Shown here: in pieces, positions 30,482-38,224 of the stretch
Numbering within the stretch: the stretch's first letter is position 1
Layout: each line of letters starts with the position of its first letter
Source: a virus
Virus record (IMG/VR): IMGVR_UViG_3300031992_000143
Span: 1-50,614 of that record
Strand: one strand, 5' to 3'
Length of the DNA: 50,614 bases
The notes under the pieces: generated by a model
What the model saw: the letters and a program-made list of their open reading frames with translations, nothing else
The model's database searches: none
Told to the model about the DNA's origin: nothing
Translations under genes and position numbers: made by a program

Positions 30482-31720
30482 ATGATTAAGGCCGGTTATT
30501 ACGAAGATGTAATCACTGTCGAGGACGGGATGCTTTTCCGTACAGTGATTGCCCATTGGGCCGCGACAAGACGCCGTGACGGCGGGTGCCATGCGGTTTA
30601 CAGGATCGACGAGAACGGGAAAGAATATTGCCGCGCTCTCATGTACAATATGTATTGCGGCTATTACATCGACGAAGACGACTTGAAAGATCGCAAGTGG
30701 TACGATGTGTATTCAAGTCCAGACCATTTCAAGTATGGGCATTACGAACAGTTACGCAGTTTTGGCGAGACGGACGCGGAACGCATTTGCCGCGTACACC
30801 CCGACTTCAAATATGTGGTACAGAAGGCAGGAGAAATGCCTGTGGCAAAGATGTTCAACATCCTGATAGCCTGGAAAAAGAACCATAACGTAGAACTTCT
30901 TGTAGGAGCCAACCTCGACTATCTTGCACTGAACAAGTCCTTTGCAAGGCTGACGAAACCGAAACAAAAGGCCGTGCTGAATTTCATCCGGGAAAATTCC
31001 GAAGCGATCGTGAACAAGTGGAGCCTCGCCAAGATAAATTTCGTCATGAACAAGAAGGGCGCCCCCCAGGACTTCGACGCATGGCAGAAATTTAGACCAC
31101 TCGGCAACGTGGTCGATTACAGGTGGTTCAAGAAATACGGGACGGATCGCGACAAGTACATTCTTTATTGTGATTACACGCAAATGGCTAAATATTGCGG
31201 TCACGACATGAAAGAGGACTACTGGAAGTACCCCAAGAGCATAAAGAAGGCCCACGACAAGGTAATGAAGCAATACGGGCTCGTTATCGAGGCGGAGACC
31301 ATAGCCGCCAAGAAAGCCAGGGCTAGAGAGGCCAAGGCGAAAGAACGCAATTTCAAGAAGTTCGCCGGCGAATTTTGCAAAATGGTCTCGACGGCTTGCG
31401 GGCTGGTGGCCTACATTCCCCAGACCTTCGGCAAGGTATCGGATCACGCGAAAGCCCTGCATCAATGTCTCACGTATGCCGATTACACGGGCAAGATGGC
31501 TAAACGAGATTGTCTGCTCGTATTCATCGCCGATGCTGACGGACATTCAGTAGCCACGGCTGAAATCGCGCCTAACGGCAATGTCGTTCAGTTCTACGCA
31601 GACGAAGACCGCGAAGAAGCCGAGGAAATGAAACCGACGGCAGAGGCGCAAACGGTATTGGAAAAATGGCTCAAGGACTTCGGCAAGGATGCCGTAAAGG
31701 CCATGAAGAAGGTAGCCTGA
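30482..31720 (+). CDS. PcfJ-like protein
   Basis: 412 aa. The regions LYCDYTQMAKYCGHDMKEDYWKYPKSIKKAHDKV and the C-terminal CLTYADYTGKMAKRDCLLVFI resemble PcfJ-like proteins. Confidence 0.6.
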   Translation: MIKAGYYEDVITVEDGMLFRTVIAHWAATRRRDGGCHAVYRIDENGKEYCRALMYNMYCGYYIDEDDLKDRKWYDVYSSPDHFKYGHYEQLRSFGETDAERICRVHPDFKYVVQKAGEMPVAKMFNILIAWKKNHNVELLVGANLDYLALNKSFARLTKPKQKAVLNFIRENSEAIVNKWSLAKINFVMNKKGAPQDFDAWQKFRPLGNVVDYRWFKKYGTDRDKYILYCDYTQMAKYCGHDMKEDYWKYPKSIKKAHDKVMKQYGLVIEAETIAAKKARAREAKAKERNFKKFAGEFCKMVSTACGLVAYIPQTFGKVSDHAKALHQCLTYADYTGKMAKRDCLLVFIADADGHSVATAEIAPNGNVVQFYADEDREEAEEMKPTAEAQTVLEKWLKDFGKDAVKAMKKVA

Positions 31721-31723
31721 TTT

Positions 31724-31885
31724 ATGAAAAGGTTTAGATTCAAGATGAACGAAAAGGTTTTCCCGACGGTACTAATCTGTCTCAACTTGTGCGCCATGGT
31801 GCCTTATGTGACGCACGGCAATTTGAAAATGAGTGTCTATTGGTTCGCAGCCGCGCTGCTGAACTTCGCTTTGACATGGCTTTAA
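31724..31885 (+). CDS. small hydrophobic protein (53 aa), tentative
   Basis: ATG 31724 lies 4 nt after the upstream stop. Sequence MKRFRFKMNEKVFPTVLICLNLCAMVPYVTHGNLKMSVYWFAAALLNFALTWL. No strong SD sequence. Confidence 0.4.
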   Translation: MKRFRFKMNEKVFPTVLICLNLCAMVPYVTHGNLKMSVYWFAAALLNFALTWL

Positions 31886-31910
31886 CCACAACCTATAAGG
31901 AGTAATCAAA

Positions 31911-32246
31911 ATGAAACTCAGCATTGACGACGTAAAGCAAATTGTAAACAAAGTAACGCAGGGGGGGGGTAGCAATTACACGCCCCTGGAAATCGAACTT
32001 GCAAAGATGGTAGTAAAATACCGGCAGACGATCGGCAGGCTCGCGGGCGAAAAGGCAATGATGTTCGACAACCTTTACAAGGTCTACAATGCAGTCCACA
32101 GCACCGAATTTTCCGCCGACCTGATGCACAAACACGCCGCCGTCTTGGCAGGCAACAGCAAGGCGCATTTCAAGCAGGCCGTAAAACTCGACGGCGAACT
32201 GAAGGAATTTATTGACAATGGCACCAGCGAAAATAAAGACGGCTGA
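31911..32246 (+). CDS. hypothetical protein (contains an in-frame G9 homopolymer)
   Basis: 111-aa ORF with AAGGAG RBS. G9 run at 31961-31969 encodes GGG. Confidence 0.7.
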   Translation: MKLSIDDVKQIVNKVTQGGGSNYTPLEIELAKMVVKYRQTIGRLAGEKAMMFDNLYKVYNAVHSTEFSADLMHKHAAVLAGNSKAHFKQAVKLDGELKEFIDNGTSENKDG

Positions 32247-32646
32247 GGAACTCGCAAGTCTTGACCGCATCTTTGCGGAGGTGGAATCGGCGGAGCGCGG
32301 CGAGACCCTGGAACCGGCTGAAACGCGAACGCAGGAGCAGATAGACGAGGACAACAGACGCGCCAAAATTGACCGCCTCTCCAGCCTAGAACGGAAGGAG
32401 TTTCTCGGCAACGTGAAGAGCATCGCCGGAAACGACGGATTCAAAATGAAGTGGGAGCGGATTCTATCGCAGTTTATCCTTAACCAGCTTGCGCCGATGA
32501 ACGAGGAAATCAACATCTTGCGCAACTTCGCAAATGCGGTCGATAACCGATTGCAGAAGGCCGAAAAAGCGGCCAAGGAACAGGACAACCATCATTACTA
32601 CAAGATTTTCGCAGAAGGAGTCAAAACGCTTCTGGAATCAATCTAA
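32218..32646 (+). CDS. hypothetical protein
   Basis: ORF 32212..32646 (TTG in the track). ATG 32218 is preferred. Confidence 0.65.
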   Translation: MAPAKIKTAEELASLDRIFAEVESAERGETLEPAETRTQEQIDEDNRRAKIDRLSSLERKEFLGNVKSIAGNDGFKMKWERILSQFILNQLAPMNEEINILRNFANAVDNRLQKAEKAAKEQDNHHYYKIFAEGVKTLLESI

Positions 32647-32657
32647 AAGGAAAAACG

Positions 32658-33188
32658 ATGCAGACAATCGAAGAATACAAGGAATACACCAAGCAGCTCG
32701 AAGGCGAAATGGGAAAGTGGCACAAAGCCTACGATGCGCTTGTTATCGAACGGAACGCGCTTGTAAGCAAGCTGCTGCAATACGAGAAAACCGTCGAGAT
32801 AAGCGCGGAGGACGGCACGAAATGTGTCGCGCTGTCGCGCAAGACCTACGACGCCATCGTGTCCGAACTCGACGAGCTCCGCAAGCACGAAGTGGAGTGG
32901 GACCTGTCAAAGACACGCATCAAGGAATTGATGGGCGACAAGGTGCAACTCGAAGAAACCGTTGCCGTTCTGCAACTGAACGCAGAAAACAAGAGAGCGA
33001 AGGCTGATAAAATAAACGCACTTCATCAAAAGTCTCTCGCAAGACTGGAAGAACTTGTAAATAAAAAATACCCAGACGAAGAAGAAGACCACGTCAATGC
33101 GGATGTCATTCTTTGCGAAATGCTGGACGCACTAGGTTACAAGGATTTAATAAATACGTGGGACAAGGTTAAAAAGTGGTACTCTTAA
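32658..33188 (+). CDS. hypothetical coiled-coil protein
   Basis: 176-aa ORF. Confidence 0.75.
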   Translation: MQTIEEYKEYTKQLEGEMGKWHKAYDALVIERNALVSKLLQYEKTVEISAEDGTKCVALSRKTYDAIVSELDELRKHEVEWDLSKTRIKELMGDKVQLEETVAVLQLNAENKRAKADKINALHQKSLARLEELVNKKYPDEEEDHVNADVILCEMLDALGYKDLINTWDKVKKWYS

Positions 33189-33197
33189 GGGGCTATC

Positions 33198-33512
33198 ATG
33201 AGCGAAGAACGGCTGAACACTTTTAGAACATTTGAAAAAAAGATGGAAGACGGCTCCGTCGTCGTGTGTTGCGAAATCAAGCCAAAGACCGTTATTGAAT
33301 ATGAACAAATATGCAAGGCGGTAGAAGACTTTAGAGACCGTATAAGGCACCAGGAAGAACCATTTTTCGACAAGCTCCCCGAAGAAGCAAAAACAGAAAT
33401 TCAAAGGGCGCATCTTGAAATGGTGCTGAATCGCGACTTTAAGCCGATTTATGTAAACGTGGCTCCAAGAGCCGCCGTCCACGAAGTTAAAATTGAAATA
33501 GAGGTAAAATAA
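33198..33512 (+). CDS. hypothetical protein
   Basis: 104-aa ORF. Confidence 0.7.
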   Translation: MSEERLNTFRTFEKKMEDGSVVVCCEIKPKTVIEYEQICKAVEDFRDRIRHQEEPFFDKLPEEAKTEIQRAHLEMVLNRDFKPIYVNVAPRAAVHEVKIEIEVK

Positions 33513-33513
33513 A

Positions 33514-33684
33514 ATGAACAATGATGAAAAGGCGCCAATGGTTGCAGCCGAATGGAGCCGACTTTCGGGCCAGCCGTACAGACTGACCGAGGAACAACGG
33601 AGAAGGATGCGAAACGGAAAGTCCATCTACCAGCGCGATAAGGTCGTGGAAAAATACGATGTCCGAAAAGGTAAATGGGTGTAG
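33514..33684 (+). CDS. small hypothetical protein (56 aa)
   Basis: GAGGT at 33501-33505, ATG 33514. Sequence starts MNNDEKAPMVAAEWSRLSGQPYRLTEEQRRRMRNGKSIYQRDKV. Confidence 0.5.
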   Translation: MNNDEKAPMVAAEWSRLSGQPYRLTEEQRRRMRNGKSIYQRDKVVEKYDVRKGKWV

Positions 33685-33923
33685 AAAACATGAACCAACA
33701 AAAACTTACTGAAAAGGGGGCGAATATGCCCAAAAAGGAAATCGACAAAAAAACGTTCAAGATTTGCGAGGCCGTCAAGCTGGGACTCGACAAATTCTTT
33801 ATCGAAGAAAACAAGCCGATAAAGATTACGGAAGCGCACACGGACTTCGCAAAAAGGATCATTCCGACCTTGCCGCGTGGCTGGATGCAGCAAAAGCACT
33901 CATGGGACGCCTGCAAGGCGTAA
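33675..33923 (+). CDS. hypothetical protein
   Basis: 82-aa ORF. An alternative start is ATG 33690. Confidence 0.6.
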   Translation: MGVENMNQQKLTEKGANMPKKEIDKKTFKICEAVKLGLDKFFIEENKPIKITEAHTDFAKRIIPTLPRGWMQQKHSWDACKA

Positions 33924-34022
33924 CTGATAGAACTTTAATATCGTAAGTTTCATGTAAGAAACAAATAAGTTACAAAACGTGCGAATTTATCTAGTTTTAA
34001 CCAAAAGAGAGATAAATACGAA

Positions 34023-34343
34023 ATGAAATTCTTTAAGACTTGCTTGCAATTGATTTACATATTGCTTGGATCCGCCGCGATGGTGGTCGCGCCGTTCTCT
34101 TTTTTCTTCTACCTTCTGGAAATCAGCGCGTTCCGTTCGATCATTTACGCATGGCTGGCATGCGCTTTCTTAAGTGCGTTTGTGTTGTTGCCGACCGGAA
34201 CGACCAAGAACCGCAAAGACAGAAAGACTAAGCGCGCCATACTCCGAATCAAGAAGTTTTTTGCTTCCATCTTTTCGGCAATAAAAAAAGTGATTTGCAA
34301 GGTCTATGAAGAAATCTTTAGCGAAGAATATATTGAGGACTAG
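34023..34343 (+). CDS. membrane protein (two predicted TM helices, basic C-terminus)
   Basis: 106 aa. Hydrophobic stretches LQLIYILLGSAAMVVAPFSFFFYLL and IIYAWLACAFLSAFVLL. Confidence 0.7.
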   Translation: MKFFKTCLQLIYILLGSAAMVVAPFSFFFYLLEISAFRSIIYAWLACAFLSAFVLLPTGTTKNRKDRKTKRAILRIKKFFASIFSAIKKVICKVYEEIFSEEYIED

Positions 34344-34352
34344 GAATATAAA

Positions 34353-34595
34353 ATGACGATACGCGATAAAATAATGCAAGCGGCGGTAAATATAGAAGGC
34401 TCCGCCATCATGCTATCCGAAAAGTGGGACTGCTACCTGATTGGCTACACCATCCCGGAAGGCTCAAAGACCGTGCTGGGAGTGTACGACATGACTGTAC
34501 TGGTAAGCGGAAACATCGACCGTGAAGACGCTGTTATTGACGAAATGAAAGCCATAAACGGCGGCATGAAGCCGGTATTGGTTCATACATGGTAG
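34353..34595 (+). CDS. hypothetical protein
   Basis: 80-aa ORF. Confidence 0.7.
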   Translation: MTIRDKIMQAAVNIEGSAIMLSEKWDCYLIGYTIPEGSKTVLGVYDMTVLVSGNIDREDAVIDEMKAINGGMKPVLVHTW

Positions 34596-34700
34596 AATCT
34601 TGGCTTTACGTTTAACAGTCCTCGCCGGTGCGCTTTTGTTTGTCGGAACGGTATTGTTCTGCCTTGGCGCGGTCTGCATGTTTATAGGAAATTTAGTATA

Positions 34701-34862
34701 ATGCCACACAAAAGAAAACACCCCTGTTATAGATGCGGAAAACTAGACACGTTAATGATTAGTAGGACTTGCAGAAAGTGGATTTGTTTGGAATGTGCAA
34801 AAGTAACAAATTGTATGCGTATTGTCGGTAGCGAACCGCCAATGCTTTTAGAAGGAAGATAA
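34701..34862 (+). CDS. small zinc-ribbon-like protein (53 aa)
   Basis: Sequence MPHKRKHPCYRCGKLDTLMISRTCRKWICLECAKV, with CxxC...CxxC. Confidence 0.45.
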   Translation: MPHKRKHPCYRCGKLDTLMISRTCRKWICLECAKVTNCMRIVGSEPPMLLEGR

Positions 34863-34864
34863 AA

Positions 34865-35044
34865 ATGAGAAAATTTAGCGGAGTGCAATTTAGTTGCCAC
34901 TATGCTTTCAACACGAACTGCGATTTTTACTGCAAGCCTTCAATGAAGGGCGGACACCGCCACAACCACCTAAGCAACCACGAACTTCGCTTGATGCACA
35001 CGAAAAACGAAAGAAAGTGTATTCGTAAATTCTTAAAGAAGTAA
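34865..35044 (+). CDS. small Cys/His-rich protein (59 aa)
   Basis: GAAGGAAG RBS, ATG 34865. Sequence starts MRKFSGVQFSCHYAFNTNCDFYCKPSMKGGHRHNH. Confidence 0.5.
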   Translation: MRKFSGVQFSCHYAFNTNCDFYCKPSMKGGHRHNHLSNHELRLMHTKNERKCIRKFLKK

Positions 35045-35052
35045 AGTCCCTG

Positions 35053-35099
35053 GCCCGTGCGCGCAAACGGGCGTGCTGGTTCGAATCCAGCTTCTGCAA
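35053..35099 (+). other. tRNA 3'-half-like element: hairpin with 8-nt loop + GT + canonical T arm + 7-nt acceptor-like 3' strand + A
   Basis: GCCCGT-GCGCGCAA-ACGGGC GT GCTGG-TTCGAAT-CCAGC TTCTGCA A. No matching 5' acceptor strand or D arm lies within 100 nt upstream. The layout matches the 3' half of the element at 23924-24017. Confidence 0.4.
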
Positions 35100-35145
35100 T
35101 AACGATTTAATGAGAATCTACGAATCCACGGAGGACGATTTTTAA

Positions 35146-35487
35146 ATGGCCGTAAACAAAGACATGTTTCACGCACAAACTACACCTAGCAACCAGATGT
35201 TCAACACAGCCTGCAAAGTTTTAGACGGCGTTTCTGAACTTAAAGAGCGCAACGCGGAACTTGAAAAGACTGTCGAAGAACTGAAATATACTGTTGCCAC
35301 GCTTGAAACTGATCTTGCCATGGCTCAATCGTGGCGAACGACCACGCCGCCCGTCGGCGTTGAGCTTCTGCTTGAAACGGGGGACGGGTTCTGGAGAGTT
35401 AGATTTAACAACAAGGAAAAAGTCGATTACCTTGTCAACGAGGTCAAGATTAAACGATGGATCCCGTTTCCCAAAACAATAGGATAG
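35146..35487 (+). CDS. hypothetical protein
   Basis: 113-aa ORF with GGAGGA RBS. Confidence 0.75.
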   Translation: MAVNKDMFHAQTTPSNQMFNTACKVLDGVSELKERNAELEKTVEELKYTVATLETDLAMAQSWRTTTPPVGVELLLETGDGFWRVRFNNKEKVDYLVNEVKIKRWIPFPKTIG

Positions 35488-35491
35488 GCAA

Positions 35492-35629
35492 GTGATAGTT
35501 TGCTGGTGGTGCCGAATGCCGAAGAAAACAACAAAGTGCCGTTTGAAATTTTCCCGAACGTGGGTGCATTTGTGCAAGGACTGCAAAAAAGGATTCAAAG
35601 ACAAGATTAAGGAGACGAAAACAAAATGA
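35492..35629 (+). CDS. small zinc-ribbon-like protein (45 aa), tentative
   Basis: GTG 35492 (or ATG 35516). Sequence IVCWWCRMPKKTTKCRLKFSRTWVHLCKDCKK. Its stop overlaps ATG 35626. Confidence 0.4.
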   Translation: MIVCWWCRMPKKTTKCRLKFSRTWVHLCKDCKKGFKDKIKETKTK

Positions 35630-35829
35630 TTATTGCGATTAGTTTTATCCTTGGTTTAGGATTGTGGCTTTATGGGTTAAAAACCGCTTTTGTTACGGGC
35701 ATTAATATTGATGCTATTTTCTTTCTGTTGCTTGGCGGTCAGCTTGTAAAAATCTGGTACGCCTATATAAGCGACCAGAATTTTGACGAGTGGAAAAAAC
35801 GCATTGAAGAAATGCTTGACAAAAGGTAA
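35626..35829 (+). CDS. small membrane protein (two TM helices)
   Basis: 67 aa, starting MIIAISFILGLGLWLYGLKTAFVTGINIDAIFFLLLGG. AAGGAG RBS. Confidence 0.7.
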   Translation: MIIAISFILGLGLWLYGLKTAFVTGINIDAIFFLLLGGQLVKIWYAYISDQNFDEWKKRIEEMLDKR

Positions 35830-35831
35830 AA

Positions 35832-36068
35832 ATGGGCCAGCATTGCATAATCTGTAATTTCCCGTGCGACGACGATGTTCTGTTTTGCCCTGAATGTGTC
35901 GAGGCCGACAAGTTAAACGAACGAAAGACCGTGAACGATGAAGTCCGCGAATTGCACAGGCTATGGTGGCAGGATTGCGAGCGCATGAACAAGGAAATAG
36001 ATAGGCTGAACAACGAACTAGAGGAAAAGAAACAAAATGAAACCGAGAGCGAAAAAGAAAAGACTTAA
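35832..36068 (+). CDS. zinc-ribbon plus coiled-coil protein
   Basis: 78 aa, with CIICNFPCDDDVLFCPEC. Confidence 0.7.
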   Translation: MGQHCIICNFPCDDDVLFCPECVEADKLNERKTVNDEVRELHRLWWQDCERMNKEIDRLNNELEEKKQNETESEKEKT

Positions 36069-36648
36069 AAAGACTTTCCCGCATAGCAATATTTGGAAAA
36101 AGACAAAATCTGGATATAAGAAACGACTGCACAAATGCCCCGTTTGTGGCGGTTCAAGGCGTTCCGGCTATTATAGTATTTGTCCCAAGTGCAACTGGGT
36201 GTACGAATGGCAAAAGAAGGTCGAGGAACTTGTAGAACAGGCCGATGCCATGATGAAATCGCATAACGCACATTTGCGGGTTCTTTTTTTCAAGCCGTAT
36301 ATCGCGAACATCGACTGCGAAATTACCGCCTACTGCGACCAGCACGAAGTAACCGAAACGCACCGCAACGGCGACCGCTTGACAGGCGAATTTAAGGTTG
36401 AATACAAGGCAAGGACTTTCAGGACAGGAAAGAATTTGTCTTTGGTAGATTTGCGTCATGCGACGGATCCGAAAAAGATGCTGCTCGATACCGCGATTGA
36501 ACTTTTCCGTAACAACAAGAAATACGTGGAAGATTACATCGACCGAAACGGGAAGATGGTTACAATTTGCGGAGTCCCTGTTCCGGCGGTAGTTGGCTCA
36601 TGGGGCGAACCGAGAAGAAAGAATCATGTTATATTCAAGAGGCTATAA
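36037..36648 (+). CDS. hypothetical protein with N-terminal zinc ribbon
   Basis: 203 aa, with CPVCGG...CPKC. 32-nt overlap with the upstream gene. Confidence 0.7.
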   Translation: MKPRAKKKRLKKTFPHSNIWKKTKSGYKKRLHKCPVCGGSRRSGYYSICPKCNWVYEWQKKVEELVEQADAMMKSHNAHLRVLFFKPYIANIDCEITAYCDQHEVTETHRNGDRLTGEFKVEYKARTFRTGKNLSLVDLRHATDPKKMLLDTAIELFRNNKKYVEDYIDRNGKMVTICGVPVPAVVGSWGEPRRKNHVIFKRL

Positions 36649-36861
36649 ATGGAAAATGATAATTGTGTATTCAAAGAGGAACCGTCCTTTTCTCCCGAAA
36701 ATGAACTTGAAAATTTGCTTGAGGCTTACAAAGACAGCCATTCCAAATTTTTTATAGACGAAAAGCAAATCGCCGAAAACGAAAACACAAAGAAAATTAC
36801 AGAATTATCGCTCTATCACTTTAACGTAGGCTTGCTTATGGGCATGAGGTGGAAAAAGTGA
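36649..36861 (+). CDS. hypothetical protein
   Basis: 70-aa ORF. Confidence 0.65.
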   Translation: MENDNCVFKEEPSFSPENELENLLEAYKDSHSKFFIDEKQIAENENTKKITELSLYHFNVGLLMGMRWKK

Positions 36862-37244
36862 ACGACGAGCTTTTTAAGAAATTCTTAAAAGATCTGGACG
36901 AGGCCCCCGATTATGTCAAGGAAAACACGATGTGTTATTTCTGGCATAATACTTCGGCTTGCACCAAATGCCCTAAAAAGGATTGCAAGGCGAGGGAACC
37001 ACGCGAACTTCATACGAAAATAACTAATCTGGAGCGAATCGACCCAAACGAAAAAGCAGAATACCTAGTAAGGATTTGCGATTACTACACTATCGCAATA
37101 CCAAACCCTAAAACGAAATACAAGTTATTCTGCGACATCATCCGCAGAATAGGACGAGGCGAATACAAAAAACTATTTTTCCCGAAGGAAAATCCACCTG
37201 TTCTTGACGATGTAGAATTAGAAAATTTCCGAAAGAAATTTTAA
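36849..37244 (+). CDS. hypothetical protein
   Basis: 131-aa ORF. GTG start at 36849, or GTG 36858 (GAGGTGG RBS). It is the last gene of the plus-strand block. Confidence 0.65.
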   Translation: MEKVNDELFKKFLKDLDEAPDYVKENTMCYFWHNTSACTKCPKKDCKAREPRELHTKITNLERIDPNEKAEYLVRICDYYTIAIPNPKTKYKLFCDIIRRIGRGEYKKLFFPKENPPVLDDVELENFRKKF

Positions 37245-37261
37245 TTTTCTCCCTCCGTAAA

Positions 37262-37303
37262 AAACCGAAAGCCCCCGATGATTACTCACCGAGGGCTTTT
37301 TTT
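37262..37303. terminator. bidirectional rho-independent terminator between the convergent blocks
   Basis: AAAACCGAAAGCCC-loop-GGGCTTTTTTTG, with an A run on one side and a T run on the other. Lies between stops 37244 (+) and 37342 (-). Confidence 0.65.
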
Positions 37304-37341
37304 GTAGCCTCCCCGACTACGTTATTTTTTTTTCTTTGTTT

Positions 37342-37713
37342 CTAATACCGTTCGACTATCGCAAGACTGCGAACGTTGCGGCATAGCATCGTCACCATCT
37401 TTTCCGCGTCCTTGCTTTCGTCTATGCGTTCCTTTGCGTCGTCGCGCTTCATTCCGATCAACACGCACGCGGCAGAATCCTGGTAGGTGTTTCCGGCGTG
37501 GATCCTGACGCCACGCCTTGACGGCACCTTGTCCGAGAACAAAAGCGGGAGCTCACGCCCGAACTTCGTTGACCTGGAATTTTCGATTGAATAGAGACCG
37601 GTGGGAATGGCTTTGGCTGTGTTTTCGAGCGTGTAGCAAATAAACGCACCGTTCAAATAAAGAGAGCCCAGGATAGCCGTTCCCGTGCGTTTGTCGCGTA
37701 TCAATGTAAACAT
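37342..37713 (-). CDS. DUF5675-like protein (YkuD-like H...S-x-x-C signature); candidate cell-wall hydrolase
   Basis: 123 aa. GSLYLNGAFICYTLE...IPTGLYSIE...FGRELPLLFSDKVPSRRGVRIHAGNTYQDSAACVLIG. It is the last gene of the late operon. Confidence 0.6.
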   Translation of the reverse strand: MFTLIRDKRTGTAILGSLYLNGAFICYTLENTAKAIPTGLYSIENSRSTKFGRELPLLFSDKVPSRRGVRIHAGNTYQDSAACVLIGMKRDDAKERIDESKDAEKMVTMLCRNVRSLAIVERY

Positions 37714-37717
37714 GATT

Positions 37718-38224
37718 CTATCCTATTGTTTCCCACTTTGCCGAAACGTAGCGGCGCACGTTGTAGCCGTCGTTTCCCCAATGGTTCTTTCCACCGGCGA
37801 AGATTTCCACGCCCTTGTCGGCGCAACCCGCAACAAAGCGGCTCATGCCCCAGCACCGCCACATTCCGCGCAAGATGTCGTCCACTTCCTCGCGGCTCAA
37901 TTTCACGGGTTCGTGTTCGCCCTCGACAATTCCCTTAAGGATGTAAAGGACATCGTGGGCCGTCGGTGCCGCGTTGTAATCGTCGTCATCGCTACGCCAT
38001 TGAGGAACCAGGAGCGAAACGGGCCAGAACGTAGACGCGCCGTCCGTGGTGAAGTGCGGGTAAATCGTGATTGCCAGCTTTGCGCGTTCCTTTTTTCCGT
38101 CCGTGAAGGTGCGGGTGAGCCATATATCTATTATCGCCTTGCCGCAAAACTCGAATGGCCGCTTTTCGGTAGTGACAAACGGCGTCACCGTGTAGGATTC
38201 TACCGTGCATTTCGTGCGCTTCAC
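37718..38224 (-). CDS. DUF1353-domain protein
   Basis: 168 aa. FTTDGASTFWPVSLLVP...YNAAPTAHDVLY matches the DUF1353 signature. Confidence 0.65.
   Translation of the reverse strand: MKRTKCTVESYTVTPFVTTEKRPFEFCGKAIIDIWLTRTFTDGKKERAKLAITIYPHFTTDGASTFWPVSLLVPQWRSDDDDYNAAPTAHDVLYILKGIVEGEHEPVKLSREEVDDILRGMWRCWGMSRFVAGCADKGVEIFAGGKNHWGNDGYNVRRYVSAKWETIG

Noticed and set aside
34769-35099. Full tRNA interrupted by a group I intron of about 250 nt (TGCAGAA at 34769 could pair with TTCTGCA at 35092)
   Set aside because: The sequence after 34775 forms no D arm, the interval is occupied by two RBS-equipped small CDSs, and a single 7-mer match is expected by chance.
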